Below, in pieces: positions 1 through 10,631 of a stretch of DNA of 64,000 nt. Made by a program: the position numbers and the translations under genes. Position 1 is the stretch's first letter. Every line of letters begins with the position of its first letter. Origin of the DNA: Thermodesulfobacteriota bacterium (lineage in GTDB: Bacteria; Desulfobacterota_D; UBA1144; Nemesobacterales; UBA2774). The notes beneath the pieces were generated by a model that was given only the letters and a program-made list of their open reading frames with translations, was not told where the DNA came from and did no database searches. The DNA is taken from positions 320,001-384,000 of the forward strand of contig OZ244991.1 of NCBI GenBank assembly GCA_965223335.1, read 5' to 3'.

Positions 1-3000
1 CTACGGCCTCGCTATAGGTCTTAAGACCCGACTCTACTTCCCAAGTCTCTACAAACTTCGTTACAACATCATCAAGTGTTTTTTCTATGTTCGGTTTAGT
101 CTCGTGTTTCAAAGACTTTACCTTCTCGTCTATATACGCGAGCAACCCTACACTGTCTAGCCACTCGTAAGCGGCCTCGTACTCGAGGTCCGATATTTTA
201 TAGAGCATATGCCCGTTTATATCGTCTATGCCCTTGTCATAGAACCTGCGTAGGATACCCAAGTAGCAGTTCTTGTACCCGGGCACTTTAATATCGGTAG
301 CACCCAGAATAAATGGGTGGTCACGCTCGTCACCACGACCGTCTAGTAAAGTAGCAGCCTCGGCATCAGTCCTGGCAACGATTATCCCCGGCACCTCCAT
401 TATATCCAGTTGGAAACGCGCGGCGTTAAGCCTTTTAATCTGCTCATCCACTGGCACAAGCACCTTACCACCCTGGTGACCACATTTCTTGGTACCGGGT
501 TTCTGATCCTCTATGTGATAGCCCGTAACTCCCACCTCTACAAACCTGCGTATCAGGTTTCTCACATGGGCATCACCACCATGACCTGTGTCGGCATCGG
601 CTATGATAAACGGCCTGTAATCCACCTTGGGTGTTTCTTTGCGCTCCTTCTCTGTCATTCTTGACCGTGCAAACTGCTGGTTTTTATCGGCTGTTAAGAG
701 CGCCCTGACCAGCACCGCAGCCTCGTCAGGCACCTGGCTTAGCGGATAACTTGCCAGGTCAGGCCCCTGATCCTCAGTTACCGAACCCTTAGCCGAGGTT
801 GCCCAGCCCCCGAGATATATACCTTCGATTCCCATCTGCTTCATCATGATTACCTGTCCGGGGGAGTAGGGTCCGAATGTCGTAATCTGTTCTTTTTTGT
901 TGAAAAGTTCTCTAAGCCTGCTATAAAATGCGCGTGCCGCATTCTTAGCAATCGAGTAGTCTCTGTGGATCGTACCCCTTTGTTCCACTACCTGTCGCGC
1001 GGAATAGAGGCGCTTTATGCCATTAAACCTGGGGCTGGCAAACCACTTTTTGGTATCTATTATGTCATCGGCAAATTGATCTTGTTCCGTTCCATCTGTG
1101 GCTTCACTAATTACAGACAGCGCTGTAGAAGATACAAAATCCAGATTTTCCGTAATCCTAGTTCCGTCTTTTTTAAACGCGTCCATATACAGGTGTATGC
1201 GTTCTTTGGCTTTTTCAATATCATGGTTATTAAGGTTGATGTTGAGCAGATCTATATACCACGGCACCTTAACGTCATCCAGTACATATGTTTCTACTAT
1301 CTCCCTTGCTATCGGGACCGTTGTACCCTTGGAGTCGTCATGTACGTCTTTGTCCTTCGCTTTTAGCAGTTTTACAAACTCCTCTGCAAGAAGTCTCTCA
1401 AAAATCTCCACTGTAAACACACTACCTGCCTTAAGCCCTGTCTCAGCATCAGGTTCGTTAATCTTTGCTTTTTTATGAATCCATTCCCACAAGATACTTA
1501 GCCTGATCTCCCCTGTGGCCATATCCTCCATTAGGTAGAGAATATCGTCATTGCCAAAGAAATCGGCTGGTTTAAGAGCTGCTGCCTGGAATCCCTGTCC
1601 AAACGCGTTACCGTACTGAAGCCCTACACTTATCAGGTTCCTCGCTCCTCTAATTGTCCTTGGGGCTTTCTCCAGAAGGGTAAGGCCGTCTGCGTCTTTT
1701 TTGGTGTAGGAAAGGCGCGGGAATTTTCTGCCCAATTGGTTGTCATCCCCTTTCTTTTCCCACACAGGCCTAATAATATGTACCATCTTCCAGTGTGCTA
1801 CCCATTTCCCGCTTGCACCCTCCTTCTGCTCGCGGACTGCACCGGCCACAGCCTTTTTCATGCCACTCTCAACACCCTCTGGTGATCCCACTGGGATATT
1901 GGGCTCCATCCCACCCTGCCAAAGGGCAAAGTTGCCGTTAACATCGGGAGTGTTTACGGCTCTGCGCACACGGTCCTCATAAATTCTCATATATCCGTAG
2001 GTCATTGTAATAGATTCGATATTGGGATTGATAAATTTCTTATCCCATGCCATAGCATCGGAAACACTGTTTATATAGTCCCACCTGCCTGTGTTAAACC
2101 CGACGAAATGCTTGCCGAGCACAGCACGTATCTCCATCAGCTGGAAAGTAGCCTCGAGCTGCTCGATCAATACATAGACCTTGATGGTGCCGATAGGCAA
2201 TCCCAAAAACTCCTCGAGTGCCGACATTATATCGTTCCAGAGTGCCGCCTCTTCAGCTGTCTGGATCTTGGGTAAATAGAGCACTATAGAAGAGCCTGAT
2301 TTCTGTAATTTCTTATAGTTATTAACTACATAAAGTGCCAGGTCTACAATTGATGCCGACAGTGCCACACCGTTTTGGTCTCGTACATGACGGTCGTCCA
2401 GGTGAAGACCCCTAGCGCGGAATATCTTGGTAGTGAAATCGAGCTGTTTTTTCCAATTCCTAATAATCTTATGACCGAAGAATCCCTCGGCCCATTTGTT
2501 CATCTCCTTGGCAACCTGGTTGGCAACCTTCAAGAACAGCGGGTCTTTATCAATAGCGAGTTTTAGGTTGCGCTGGTTATCGAGTGACATTGATGTGATC
2601 TGCCCCAGAGCATCCTCACCGTCAAACATCCACCCATCAGCACCCGACAATAGCGCATAGGCTACGTTTCTTATACTTTTATCTGTAGGGGAGTTGGGTT
2701 TTGCTGCGGGTCCTGTTCCCTGTACCCACTGCCGCTTGAGGTCTTTTGGGATCTCCCCACCCTCGAATTTCCCCTCTCTTGCATCCTTAACCTTGATGTT
2801 TGTACGAGGGATATACTCATTGGGGTCTAGGAACTCGATCCTCTGTTTGTTGCGAAACCTCTGTGACCTTCTCTCTATTCTTTTAGCCATCAGCATTTTC
2901 TGGTCGTCGTTAAATCTAGACAGATATGCCAGTGCGCTTAGTACTTCCGGTGTAAATACATCAGGATACTTTTTCTCAAGATCATCCCTGATCTCAAGCC

Positions 3001-3049
3001 TTCCTAACCCATATCTATTTTGAAAATTTATTTTGTGAACAGTGCCCAT
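1..3049 (-). CDS. aceB-aceA: Bifunctional malate synthase (N-terminal) - isocitrate lyase (C-terminal) fusion, 3' end outside window
   Basis: Hand translation from the ATG at 3049 (SD GGAG upstream) gives MS motifs [28 protein letters not shown]. The same frame reads through ~1400-900 without a stop into ICL with [21 protein letters not shown] (~510-460) and [10 protein letters not shown]. Missing from the ORF track, consistent with no stop inside the window. Confidence 0.93.
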   Translation of the reverse strand, partial: MGTVHKINFQNRYGLGRLEIRDDLEKKYPDVFTPEVLSALAYLSRFNDDQKMLMAKRIERRSQRFRNKQRIEFLDPNEYIPRTNIKVKDAREGKFEGGEIPKDLKRQWVQGTGPAAKPNSPTDKSIRNVAYALLSGADGWMFDGEDALGQITSMSLDNQRNLKLAIDKDPLFLKVANQVAKEMNKWAEGFFGHKIIRNWKKQLDFTTKIFRARGLHLDDRHVRDQNGVALSASIVDLALYVVNNYKKLQKSGSSIVLYLPKIQTAEEAALWNDIMSALEEFLGLPIGTIKVYVLIEQLEATFQLMEIRAVLGKHFVGFNTGRWDYINSVSDAMAWDKKFINPNIESITMTYGYMRIYEDRVRRAVNTPDVNGNFALWQGGMEPNIPVGSPEGVESGMKKAVAGAVREQKEGASGKWVAHWKMVHIIRPVWEKKGDDNQLGRKFPRLSYTKKDADGLTLLEKAPRTIRGARNLISVGLQYGNAFGQGFQAAALKPADFFGNDDILYLMEDMATGEIRLSILWEWIHKKAKINEPDAETGLKAGSVFTVEIFERLLAEEFVKLLKAKDKDVHDDSKGTTVPIAREIVETYVLDDVKVPWYIDLLNINLNNHDIEKAKERIHLYMDAFKKDGTRITENLDFVSSTALSVISEATDGTEQDQFADDIIDTKKWFASPRFNGIKRLYSARQVVEQRGTIHRDYSIAKNAARAFYSRLRELFNKKEQITTFGPYSPGQVIMMKQMGIEGIYLGGWATSAKGSVTEDQGPDLASYPLSQVPDEAAVLVRALLTADKNQQFARSRMTEKERKETPKVDYRPFIIADADTGHGGDAHVRNLIRRFVEVGVTGYHIEDQKPGTKKCGHQGGKVLVPVDEQIKRLNAARFQLDIMEVPGIIVARTDAEAATLLDGRGDERDHPFILGATDIKVPGYKNCYLGILRRFYDKGIDDINGHMLYKISDLEYEAAYEWLDSVGLLAYIDEKVKSLKHETKPNIEKTLDDVVTKFVETWEVESGLKTYSEAV

Positions 3050-3323
3050 AACTCCCGTTTCTCCTTCTTCATGTGTTTGAAATGAGCTCTTAACAGAGCT
3101 TTAAAATAAGGTCTATCATTATAATATGAGACAGAACAAAATCAACTAAATGTATTAATTTGTATTGATTTCTTAATATTCATCACTTAAATCGAGTGTT
3201 CCCGCAGACCAAGCAACTAATTTTAATCGCCAAATTAGAAGATGGGAGTTTAACTAGAAAACCTATTACGAAAATCTAAGGAATCAATTATGGGGAGAGG
3301 CGGTTTATGAATGTTTAGATATA

Positions 3324-4127
3324 TCAGGCAATACCGTTTTTTATAGCAAATTTCACAAGGTCTACCAGGTTATGAATATCAAGTTTACGCATGATATTAG
3401 AGCGGTGTGTCTCAACTGTTTTAATGCTTATAGTAAGCTCCTCGGCAATTACTCTATTGCTTTTGCCGTTTACGATCCGGCTCAATATACTCTTTTCATT
3501 GTTGGTAAGCGTATCGTATTTGGATGTGTCTTGTTCGAGTGATCCTATTACGTTTTCCGGGCTCTTATAAAAGGGGCTATCAAATATCCTGTTTTGTTTA
3601 ATTATCTTTGGATGAGTCTCGAATATATCCAGCAAATCTAGAGAGCTTATTTTCGGTGCCTCGTACTGACTCATTACTATCAACGGTTTTTCATTGCAAG
3701 CTTTGTTAAGCAGGGCGTTTTTCCTAAGCTTTTCACTACCTGCAAATATGGGAGATAATCCCTTATGCAACATCAAAATCCTAAGCAACCCACTTTGTTT
3801 CCCGAGTACCTTCTCTACCTTATTATTAATAAAATCAATAAAAGCATCGGCGTCGCGAGTATTATCTGACTTGTCACTTATCAAGATTCTTTCGAAACAC
3901 TTTTGCTGACTTGAGCTTTTTAGGTTTACGCCACCACTCTCCAAGCGCTCTATGAACTGGTCCGGGATCACACGGTCAGAGACATATAGACAGTGCTGCT
4001 TTTTCTTTAGCCCGTGCAAAACAAACTGAGCCCCCACTTCCTCGCATTCCGAATCGTTAAAATACAGGTGTGCCAGATGCTCTGATTCGTGCATAGACTG
4101 CATATGTAAAAAGATAGAGTTGCTCAT
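3324..4127 (-). CDS. MEDS (DcmR-type sensory) domain + LuxR-type HTH transcriptional regulator
   Basis: N-term HLAHLYFNDSE...FVLHGLKKKQHCLYV and MSQYE...IFETHP..I.....SPFY resemble MEDS; C-term LTNNEKSIL..IVNGKSNRVIAEELTISIKTVETHRSNIMRKL is a LuxR HTH. Confidence 0.85.
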   Translation of the reverse strand: MSNSIFLHMQSMHESEHLAHLYFNDSECEEVGAQFVLHGLKKKQHCLYVSDRVIPDQFIERLESGGVNLKSSSQQKCFERILISDKSDNTRDADAFIDFINNKVEKVLGKQSGLLRILMLHKGLSPIFAGSEKLRKNALLNKACNEKPLIVMSQYEAPKISSLDLLDIFETHPKIIKQNRIFDSPFYKSPENVIGSLEQDTSKYDTLTNNEKSILSRIVNGKSNRVIAEELTISIKTVETHRSNIMRKLDIHNLVDLVKFAIKNGIA

Positions 4128-4138
4128 ATCCGTAGGTT

Positions 4139-4681
4139 TTAAAACTCCTCGATAATCTCTTTTATGATACTCGCCGCATTTTTAATCACATTTATCTTGC
4201 GTATCGTCTCTTGCGAGTGTTTCTCAGTGCCCTCCTCAAGCAGTAGTTCCGTGCTCCCTATGATTGTAGCAAGTGCGTTTTCGGTATCCGAAATAAGCTT
4301 TCGCTCAATTTCGTTTTTATACAGAGCGATCTCGATACTTGTGGAGAGGTCTTTCTCCTCAAAAGGCTTTAGTATATAGCCGTAGGGTTTTGTTTTCTTT
4401 GCACGGGTAAGCACCTCGGGGTTAGAATAAGCCGTGAGATAAAGCACAGGGATGTTGAACATGGATTTAATCTCGCCCGCGGCCGTTACCCCATCCATCT
4501 TACCCCCAAGCATTATGTCCATAAGTACAAGGTCGGGTTTATGTTCCCGGGCCTTCTCAACAGCAGCCTCACCTGTGGAAACTATAATGGGCTTTTTGTA
4601 ACCAAGCCCCAAAAGCGTGTCCTCAAGGTCCCTGGCTACTATCAATTCGTCTTCTACTATTAAAATAAGCACGTCCGACAC
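4139..4681 (-). CDS. Response regulator receiver with C-terminal degenerate HisKA-like helical hairpin
   Basis: ILIVEDE, LVLMDIML, LTAY, YILKPF receiver motifs; no DNA-binding domain. Confidence 0.9.
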   Translation of the reverse strand: MSDVLILIVEDELIVARDLEDTLLGLGYKKPIIVSTGEAAVEKAREHKPDLVLMDIMLGGKMDGVTAAGEIKSMFNIPVLYLTAYSNPEVLTRAKKTKPYGYILKPFEEKDLSTSIEIALYKNEIERKLISDTENALATIIGSTELLLEEGTEKHSQETIRKINVIKNAASIIKEIIEEF

Positions 4682-4704
4682 TCTATTTTCTCCTAACTCC
4701 CATT

Positions 4705-6213
4705 TTATCGGGGGAATGTAATTTCAAAACAGGTTTTTTCACCCGTCTCCATTTTTACTTCCCCACCCAGCTGCGCAGTAAGGTCGGCAACCAGTCGTAA
4801 ACCCAGTGTTTCTGAGTTCTCAAGGTCAATATTCTTGACAAAAGATTTACCGTCATTGCCAATCCTCAAACAAAAGGCTGTCTCATCCCTTTCAAACTCT
4901 ATATTTATGTTCCCTTCCCCACCCTCTGGGAAACCGTGCTGGATGGCATTCGACACAATTTCGTTAATCAATAATGCGCATGGTATAGCAGAGTTGATAT
5001 CCAAAAGCACTCCCTCGGATCTGATGTGCAGACTTATATTGTCTGACAAGGGTGAGTATGACCTAATTAGGTCACGGGCCATTTTCTTTATATAGTGCGA
5101 GAAATCAATCCTCGACATGTCTTCCGAGCGATAGAGCAGTTCGTGGAGCATGGCTATGGACTTAATCCTGTTTTGAATATCCTCGCACATCTGGTTAACC
5201 TCGGGGTTACTCATCTTTCTCGACTGCAACTTAAGCAGACTCATTACGATCTGTAAATTATTTTTTACCCTGTGATGCACCTCTCGGAGCAACACCTCTT
5301 TCTCTTTTAGCGACGCAGTTGTCTTCTCTTCGGCCCTCTTACGCTCCGAGACCTCATGCATAAGCATGGCATTGGATTTCACAAGCTCCACGGTACGTGC
5401 GTACACGCGTTCCTCCAGCTCCTCTCTAGCCTCCTGGAGTTCGGCCTGCGACTTCTTGATGGCCTCGGTCTGCCTTACATTGCTAAGCGCAACCTCGATC
5501 TGCTGTACTGCAAGCTCAACGAGATCCACGTCGACCTCACTAAATGCGTATTTCTCGTGTGACTGTATTTGGATACAGCCTTCGACCATGCTCTTGCTAA
5601 ACAAGGGGACCGATATGTAACTCTTTACCCCTATAGTTTTCTCCAGGTTCTCCGAAGACGGGTCAAGGTCTGTGTCGGGCACACTCCGTGCGGCGCCCTC
5701 GTTGATCGTTAACCATGCCGAGCCTTCGGGGTATGGCAGTCTATTTAGCTTGCTGATCTCGGTTTCTTCGTACCCGTAGCTACCTTTTAGCAAGAGATCA
5801 TTGTGGTGTCTGAGATAGATTAATATCTTCTCGGCGTTAGACATATATTTGCTTATGGTTTCGACAGAGTTAATAAAAACACTCTGTAATTGGCTTGAGG
5901 AATGCACGCTCTTTGCAATCGCTCGTATAATTTCCCCATAATCTCTATTTGTATCTCCCTTTAGGGGTTTTGTCTTGGTTTTATGCCCCACCGGTTCACC
6001 CTGAGTACTCTGAAGCTCATCAATCAACATCTCTCTCTCATGGATCATGTCCTCGAGCTTTTTGCATTTTTTCTCTAATTCCTCGTATTTGGAAAAGAGA
6101 TCTTCATTCGTGTCGTCTACAGAGACCGACCCGGTGCTCGATTCCACATTTAACCCCTTTTCTTTTCTACTCATATGATCCATTTTATAAGAGCTTTGTG
6201 TTTTTAATGACAT
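4705..6213 (-). CDS. Soluble GAF-domain sensor histidine kinase (HisKA_2 family)
   Basis: GAF ([15 protein letters not shown]...FSEVDVDL), [12 protein letters not shown]-box, [13 protein letters not shown]-box, DGKS, LGLRLV; no TM helix. Confidence 0.92.
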   Translation of the reverse strand: MSLKTQSSYKMDHMSRKEKGLNVESSTGSVSVDDTNEDLFSKYEELEKKCKKLEDMIHEREMLIDELQSTQGEPVGHKTKTKPLKGDTNRDYGEIIRAIAKSVHSSSQLQSVFINSVETISKYMSNAEKILIYLRHHNDLLLKGSYGYEETEISKLNRLPYPEGSAWLTINEGAARSVPDTDLDPSSENLEKTIGVKSYISVPLFSKSMVEGCIQIQSHEKYAFSEVDVDLVELAVQQIEVALSNVRQTEAIKKSQAELQEAREELEERVYARTVELVKSNAMLMHEVSERKRAEEKTTASLKEKEVLLREVHHRVKNNLQIVMSLLKLQSRKMSNPEVNQMCEDIQNRIKSIAMLHELLYRSEDMSRIDFSHYIKKMARDLIRSYSPLSDNISLHIRSEGVLLDINSAIPCALLINEIVSNAIQHGFPEGGEGNINIEFERDETAFCLRIGNDGKSFVKNIDLENSETLGLRLVADLTAQLGGEVKMETGEKTCFEITFPR

Positions 6214-6545
6214 TTAATTCCAAACCATATCTCGGTTCTTAACCACTTAGTCCCTTAGCTTGCATAATCAATAATTGAGCAACGAATATATATATTTAAT
6301 ATGTTGTAATAAAGACTTTATTTCAACATGGATAATTATAACTCCATTGCGGTATTAAAGTTATAGATTGAGAGCAATCAGAAACATACAATTCTTATAC
6401 AGAGTAACCCGCAATTAAATCGGGTGATACCCCAGTGCTGCTTTAATACAATATTTATTACTGATGGATGAGCCCGGGGATCTATAACATCTAGTAGAGG
6501 GGCACAATAAGCAATAATCGTTTGCTCATCATTTGTGGATAAAGA

Positions 6546-6581
6546 AAAGGCATGATGGATTAAAATATCCATCATGCCTTT
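6546..6581. terminator. Strong intrinsic terminator hairpin downstream of the beta-barrel gene
   Basis: Perfect 15-bp stem AAAGGCATGATGGAT / ATCCATCATGCCTTT, 6-nt loop, A/T-rich flanks on both sides. Confidence 0.85.
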
Positions 6582-6614
6582 ATTTTTATATTCGGATTTT
6601 AAATACTCTTAATA

Positions 6615-7277
6615 CTAGAACCTAAATCCTAGTCTACCACCGTATGTTCCAAAGGAACCGTTGGTTCTATCTACCCAGTTGTAGCGGCCTTCTACACCTA
6701 CAAATACCTTGTGAGTGATATTGAAATCAACTCCGCCACCGATATGTAGACCAAGCTCGGCATTACCCTGTCCTGAGGGGAACCCGTTACGCTGTAACTC
6801 ACCTGGCTGTGGAGCAATACCTCCTACGTTGTTACCAGGATGACTCTCGTTAAGAAATATGTTGAATCCAGGCCCGCCCACTAGATAAGGCTGTACAATC
6901 TTATGGGCTTCGATCTTATACTTGAGTCCCAGCAATATTGTTACCGTATCCAGGTTTACACTGGTCTGAGTCGGGAGTGCTCCCGGTACCAAGGCATTGG
7001 CAGTAGGCTGAAACGTTACCTTGTCGTCTGTGCTACCCCAACCGATACTTACAAGACCCATTACTTTACCAGGCCCCACCGGCTTAAATAGCGGTATACC
7101 TAACTCACCTGACATATAGAATCCTGTACCTGTTTTAAAAGGTCCGGTCTGCGCACCGACTGTCACTGCAAATTCGCCTCCAATAAGACCCTCCTCAGCT
7201 TTTGCGGTACTAAATGCAACTAACATAGCTACTGCAAAAACAACAGTAGCTATATACCTCGGGCTGTTTTTAAGCAT
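6615..7277 (-). CDS. Small outer-membrane beta-barrel protein (OmpW/OmpA-barrel-like)
   Basis: Signal peptide (..AFSTAKA/EE), alternating amphipathic strands (QPYLVGGPG, GGGVDFNI, VGVEGRYNW), C-terminal GRLGFRF; SD AAGGAGG. Confidence 0.85.
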   Translation of the reverse strand: MLKNSPRYIATVVFAVAMLVAFSTAKAEEGLIGGEFAVTVGAQTGPFKTGTGFYMSGELGIPLFKPVGPGKVMGLVSIGWGSTDDKVTFQPTANALVPGALPTQTSVNLDTVTILLGLKYKIEAHKIVQPYLVGGPGFNIFLNESHPGNNVGGIAPQPGELQRNGFPSGQGNAELGLHIGGGVDFNITHKVFVGVEGRYNWVDRTNGSFGTYGGRLGFRF

Positions 7278-7317
7278 ATGCTTAAACCTCCTTCATTTTT
7301 TATAGGGTTAATTAGAG

Positions 7318-7332
7318 GCAAGCTGAATGCCA
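7318..7332 (-). promoter_or_regulatory. Sigma-54 (-24/-12) promoter of the beta-barrel gene
   Basis: Minus strand TGGCATTCAGCTTGC = TGGCAY-N5-TTGC (GG-N10-GC), about 40 nt before the ATG; IHF-like TATCAG-N4-TTA at 7352-7364. Confidence 0.8.
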
Positions 7333-7395
7333 TTTGAGATATATTATTTAATATCAGGGAGTTAGCGAAGAAAATATTAGAAATCACAAAGAAAT

Positions 7396-7424
7396 AACAA
7401 CAAATATTGTCATAAAATACGACA
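7396..7424. promoter_or_regulatory. Putative upstream activator sequence, copy 1
   Basis: AACAACAAATATTGTCATAAAATACGACA; contains TGTC-N9-GACA palindrome; 24/29 identical to 11326-11354. Confidence 0.65.
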
Positions 7425-7635
7425 CCAGACATAAAACAGGTTAATTTTCGTCCGAAACCTGTTGCAAACACTGTGATTAATGACGTAACTACCTGCAAAA
7501 GTATTGCTATAGATTATCAAATTAGGGACTACAGATTATAGCTTTGGGTTAGTGAGTTGGAATTAGAGATCACAGCTAAAACCAAATATTTAGGTGGTAT
7601 GGATTAATAAAACCGCTGCAGTGATTAACACAGTT

Positions 7636-8262
7636 CTATCTCTCTCTTAGATCCAGGTTATTAATCCTAAATCCTACTTCACTGCTATCCAGAAAATTGT
7701 TTACTGCATCTACAAAGGTCTCAAGCACACCGATACCTAGACTCGCACTCGATGTAAAAAATGGGAACTGTATGCCTAATTTCTCATTCAAAAACGAAGT
7801 GATATCAACTGGTATATGCCCTACCAAATCGTGCTTGTTATACTGGATCACTAAAGGATAATTCCTCATTGAGTTGCAGCAATGCTTCAAGAGAATGTCC
7901 TCTAAATCATGAAAGGCTTCTACATTCTCCTCAAGCTTCTCGGGCCTAAGATCGATTACGAACACGACTGCGTCTGCATCGGACAATACCTGCTCTCTGA
8001 TCTGTCTATAGGTTTCCTGCCCCGGGACTGAATACACCGACACTTTTAAAAGATTCTTACCTTTGGTAAAAACCTTTTTAGAGATGTGGTCGAAGAACAC
8101 AGTGCGTTCCCCCTCTTTGGTTAAAAACCCAGTGTCTATAGCCCATTTCTTGGCAAGCTCACGGACGTTTGTAGTTTTACCAACCTCGGGTGCCCCAGTA
8201 TACACCAGTTTCATATTATAAAATTTTTTGCTTCCTACCTTATGTACTTGCATTATAATCAC
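7636..8262 (-). CDS. mglA: MglA-family small GTPase
   Basis: KLVYTGAPEVGKTTN (G1), ERTVFFD (G2 with intrinsic Arg), SVPGQ (G3), QYNKHD (G4), SSASLGIGVLET (G5). Confidence 0.88.
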   Translation of the reverse strand: MIIMQVHKVGSKKFYNMKLVYTGAPEVGKTTNVRELAKKWAIDTGFLTKEGERTVFFDHISKKVFTKGKNLLKVSVYSVPGQETYRQIREQVLSDADAVVFVIDLRPEKLEENVEAFHDLEDILLKHCCNSMRNYPLVIQYNKHDLVGHIPVDITSFLNEKLGIQFPFFTSSASLGIGVLETFVDAVNNFLDSSEVGFRINNLDLRER

Positions 8263-8282
8263 CTATGTTCAGCGATGCATAT

Positions 8283-8780
8283 TCATCCCGTCTGTAGAAT
8301 ACTCTCCTTATTTGTATTAATGTCCGTAGGCATACGATATAAGTAACAGATGACAGCAATACCGATCAACCCCATCGTAATTTGACCTATTATCATCGGG
8401 ATAAAGAATATTATTGATGTACTCATCGTAACCGTGATCAAAGCAATTGCATACAACTTTGTATTCTTAGGAATTACACCGTGTTTTCTCCAGTTGTGTA
8501 TATATGATCCGAAAATACGGTTTGTCATTAGCCAAACATAAAATCTGCGGGACGACCGCGCCCAGCACGCAGCCGTGAGCAACAAAAACGGAGTTGTGGG
8601 CAATATCGGCAAGAAAATTCCCAATAGACCTAATGCTAAACTCAGCATCCCACCGATTTGGAGCAGGACCCTGGTTACACCGCATTTTGCAAGCGCAACC
8701 TCTGCTTCGTAACACACTTGATTATCCTGGCTCTCCGCCTGTTGTGTAGTAACATCAATCAACCGCATTGTCTCTTGCAT
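8283..8780 (-). CDS. ybaN: YbaN / DUF454 family membrane protein
   Basis: LGLLGIFLPILPTTPFLLLTAACWARSSRRFYVWL...FGSYIHNW; overlaps the upstream gene by 22 nt. Confidence 0.9.
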   Translation of the reverse strand: MQETMRLIDVTTQQAESQDNQVCYEAEVALAKCGVTRVLLQIGGMLSLALGLLGIFLPILPTTPFLLLTAACWARSSRRFYVWLMTNRIFGSYIHNWRKHGVIPKNTKLYAIALITVTMSTSIIFFIPMIIGQITMGLIGIAVICYLYRMPTDINTNKESILQTG

Positions 8781-9742
8781 TCTCCAGTATGTGTATGTGA
8801 GAGCGTCCTTGCTTTCTTCAGAACCATTGCAAGATTAGCATCACACGGGACCAGCATACAGAGCACCGTACGCTCATCATTTCTCTGACGAATATATATA
8901 TAGATATATGATTCCGTGATACACACCATTTCTTTGAAATAATGTTCCTTCGATACAACACCGTGTGCTCTTTTCCATATTCTCTCAATCTCAGAAACTT
9001 TTTCACCCTCGAATAGGCCTATTGCAGCGCTTGTGATCACGTTAATTACCTCTACCGGGAGTTCTTGGCTAATCTTGACCGACAATAGATCAGAACTATC
9101 CAGATTAATCAAACCGCAAGCTATAACCCCAGGCACATCGTTAATACAATTTTCTACTATCGGATAAGGACTAGTACTTACAAGTGGAATAGTTTTGGAT
9201 TGAGCAAGCTCGGGTGATTCGTTGAGAGTTTGTTCGGTGCGTGACTCAACTACCACGGGCGTTTCGTTTGTAGTATTTATACCGCTGTTTTGTTTAATAA
9301 AATCTTCGTAGTGATATACGAATTTTTCCTGCGCATTAGTCTGGATGTAGCTCCTGTTGCGGCTTCGAATCTCTACTATTGCTTCTTTGGGGGTCCTACC
9401 CATAGACACGAGTGTACATGCCAGTATGGTTCCGGTGCGTCCGAGTCCCGCTTTACAGTGTACGAGCACAGGGACTCCGCAGTTTAGGTTTTTTACAATC
9501 TCGCTGCAAATCTTCTCAGCATTCCTGGGTGTTGGAATACTCATATCGCGTATTGGAAAATGCCTGACATCAAACCCATTATCCAAGTATAGCGGATCAA
9601 TTGGATCCTCAGTTAGAGTGACAATCAATTTTATTCCAATAGAGTCCAGGAACTCTATATCGTTCTCATGCACATCTATGAGACCTGGTCTCCCTGATCC
9701 GGCTAACTTTTTAGGTAGTATCCATTTGAATCCAGTAATCAT
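8759..9742 (-). CDS. Dual-specificity (Cys-based) protein phosphatase fused to a C-terminal Roadblock/LC7-like domain
   Basis: FKWILPKKLAGSGRPG, HFPIRD, catalytic HCKAGLGRTG (CX5R); C-terminal ~130 aa align by eye with the 10781-11176 protein. Confidence 0.88.
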   Translation of the reverse strand: MITGFKWILPKKLAGSGRPGLIDVHENDIEFLDSIGIKLIVTLTEDPIDPLYLDNGFDVRHFPIRDMSIPTPRNAEKICSEIVKNLNCGVPVLVHCKAGLGRTGTILACTLVSMGRTPKEAIVEIRSRNRSYIQTNAQEKFVYHYEDFIKQNSGINTTNETPVVVESRTEQTLNESPELAQSKTIPLVSTSPYPIVENCINDVPGVIACGLINLDSSDLLSVKISQELPVEVINVITSAAIGLFEGEKVSEIERIWKRAHGVVSKEHYFKEMVCITESYIYIYIRQRNDERTVLCMLVPCDANLAMVLKKARTLSHTHTGECKRQCG

Positions 9743-9768
9743 ATCGTTGTCCTTCGTCTATTTTATGC

Positions 9769-10563
9769 TCACGAACCCATTCTCACATAATACTTTGCTC
9801 TGGGGTGTGAGGGATTAGTAAAGAATTTATCGGCACTTGCAGCTTCGATTATCTCTCCATCTACTATAAGAACAACAAAGTCAGCTACTGATTTGCTAAA
9901 CTCAAGATTGTGCGTTGATAAAATAATAGTTTTTTTACCTCGAATATCGTTTAATTTCGTTATTATCCACTCCATATGCTCTTCCCAAAGATTAGTATCG
10001 GGTTCATCGAGAACGAGATAGGAAGATCTATTACTAACCGCAATTGTAAATAACGCTAATCTCTTCACATACTCCGGTAGCAACTCTAACGGTGTCTCGA
10101 GATCCGTTAAAGTTAAAAGAATCCGAGCCGCTTCCGGAACACACGTCCATGTGCGCTTGATTTTTTGTTTTATGTCACGTGTAGTGGGCCAACTTCTACT
10201 AAACAAATGATAAAGCGAAGCTTTTCCTAAATTATGTTTTTGAGTTAAGTATGATGGCTTACTATTTGGTAAAACTAGCATTCCCTTTCTAAACAGTTTA
10301 TTGTTATCGTCATTGCTTTTTTCACATTCGATTTTTTTCTTATTATTATTTTCACGAAAATGGCAATCTTCGATTTCACAGTCTACAGCATCACATTGCC
10401 CGGCTAGTACTTTGAGCAAAGTGCTTTTACCGGCTTTACACAGACCCATCAAAACCGTTGTTTTCTTTTCGGGGAAATCAAATGAGAGGTCCTCAAATAT
10501 ATCGAATTGTCCATAACCAATTTTCACGTTACGTGCTGTTATCATTGTATTATTCCATCCCAT
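9769..10563 (-). CDS. Orphan ABC-type ATPase with degenerate signature motif
   Basis: Walker A GLCKAGKS, Walker B/D-loop LVLDEPDTNL, H-switch LSTHN, C-term FFTNP; LSGGQ position reads LPEYV; no permease nearby. Confidence 0.8.
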   Translation of the reverse strand: MGWNNTMITARNVKIGYGQFDIFEDLSFDFPEKKTTVLMGLCKAGKSTLLKVLAGQCDAVDCEIEDCHFRENNNKKKIECEKSNDDNNKLFRKGMLVLPNSKPSYLTQKHNLGKASLYHLFSRSWPTTRDIKQKIKRTWTCVPEAARILLTLTDLETPLELLPEYVKRLALFTIAVSNRSSYLVLDEPDTNLWEEHMEWIITKLNDIRGKKTIILSTHNLEFSKSVADFVVLIVDGEIIEAASADKFFTNPSHPRAKYYVRMGS

Positions 10564-10631
10564 TCGTCATATATCTTATATGCAACATCCCTATTCCAAT
10601 TCTGCCCATTCCCCAGATCAGGCATTATCAG

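Noticed and set aside
273..3023. Seven short plus-strand ORFs in the track
   Set aside because: Antisense shadows of the minus-strand MS-ICL fusion
6378..6575. 65-aa minus-strand ORF between kinase and barrel genes
   Set aside because: Starts inside the terminator hairpin; no SD or recognisable motif
10581..10599. Sigma-54-like TTGGAATAGGGATGTTGCA upstream of the ABC gene
   Set aside because: GG-GC spacing is 12 nt, not the required 10
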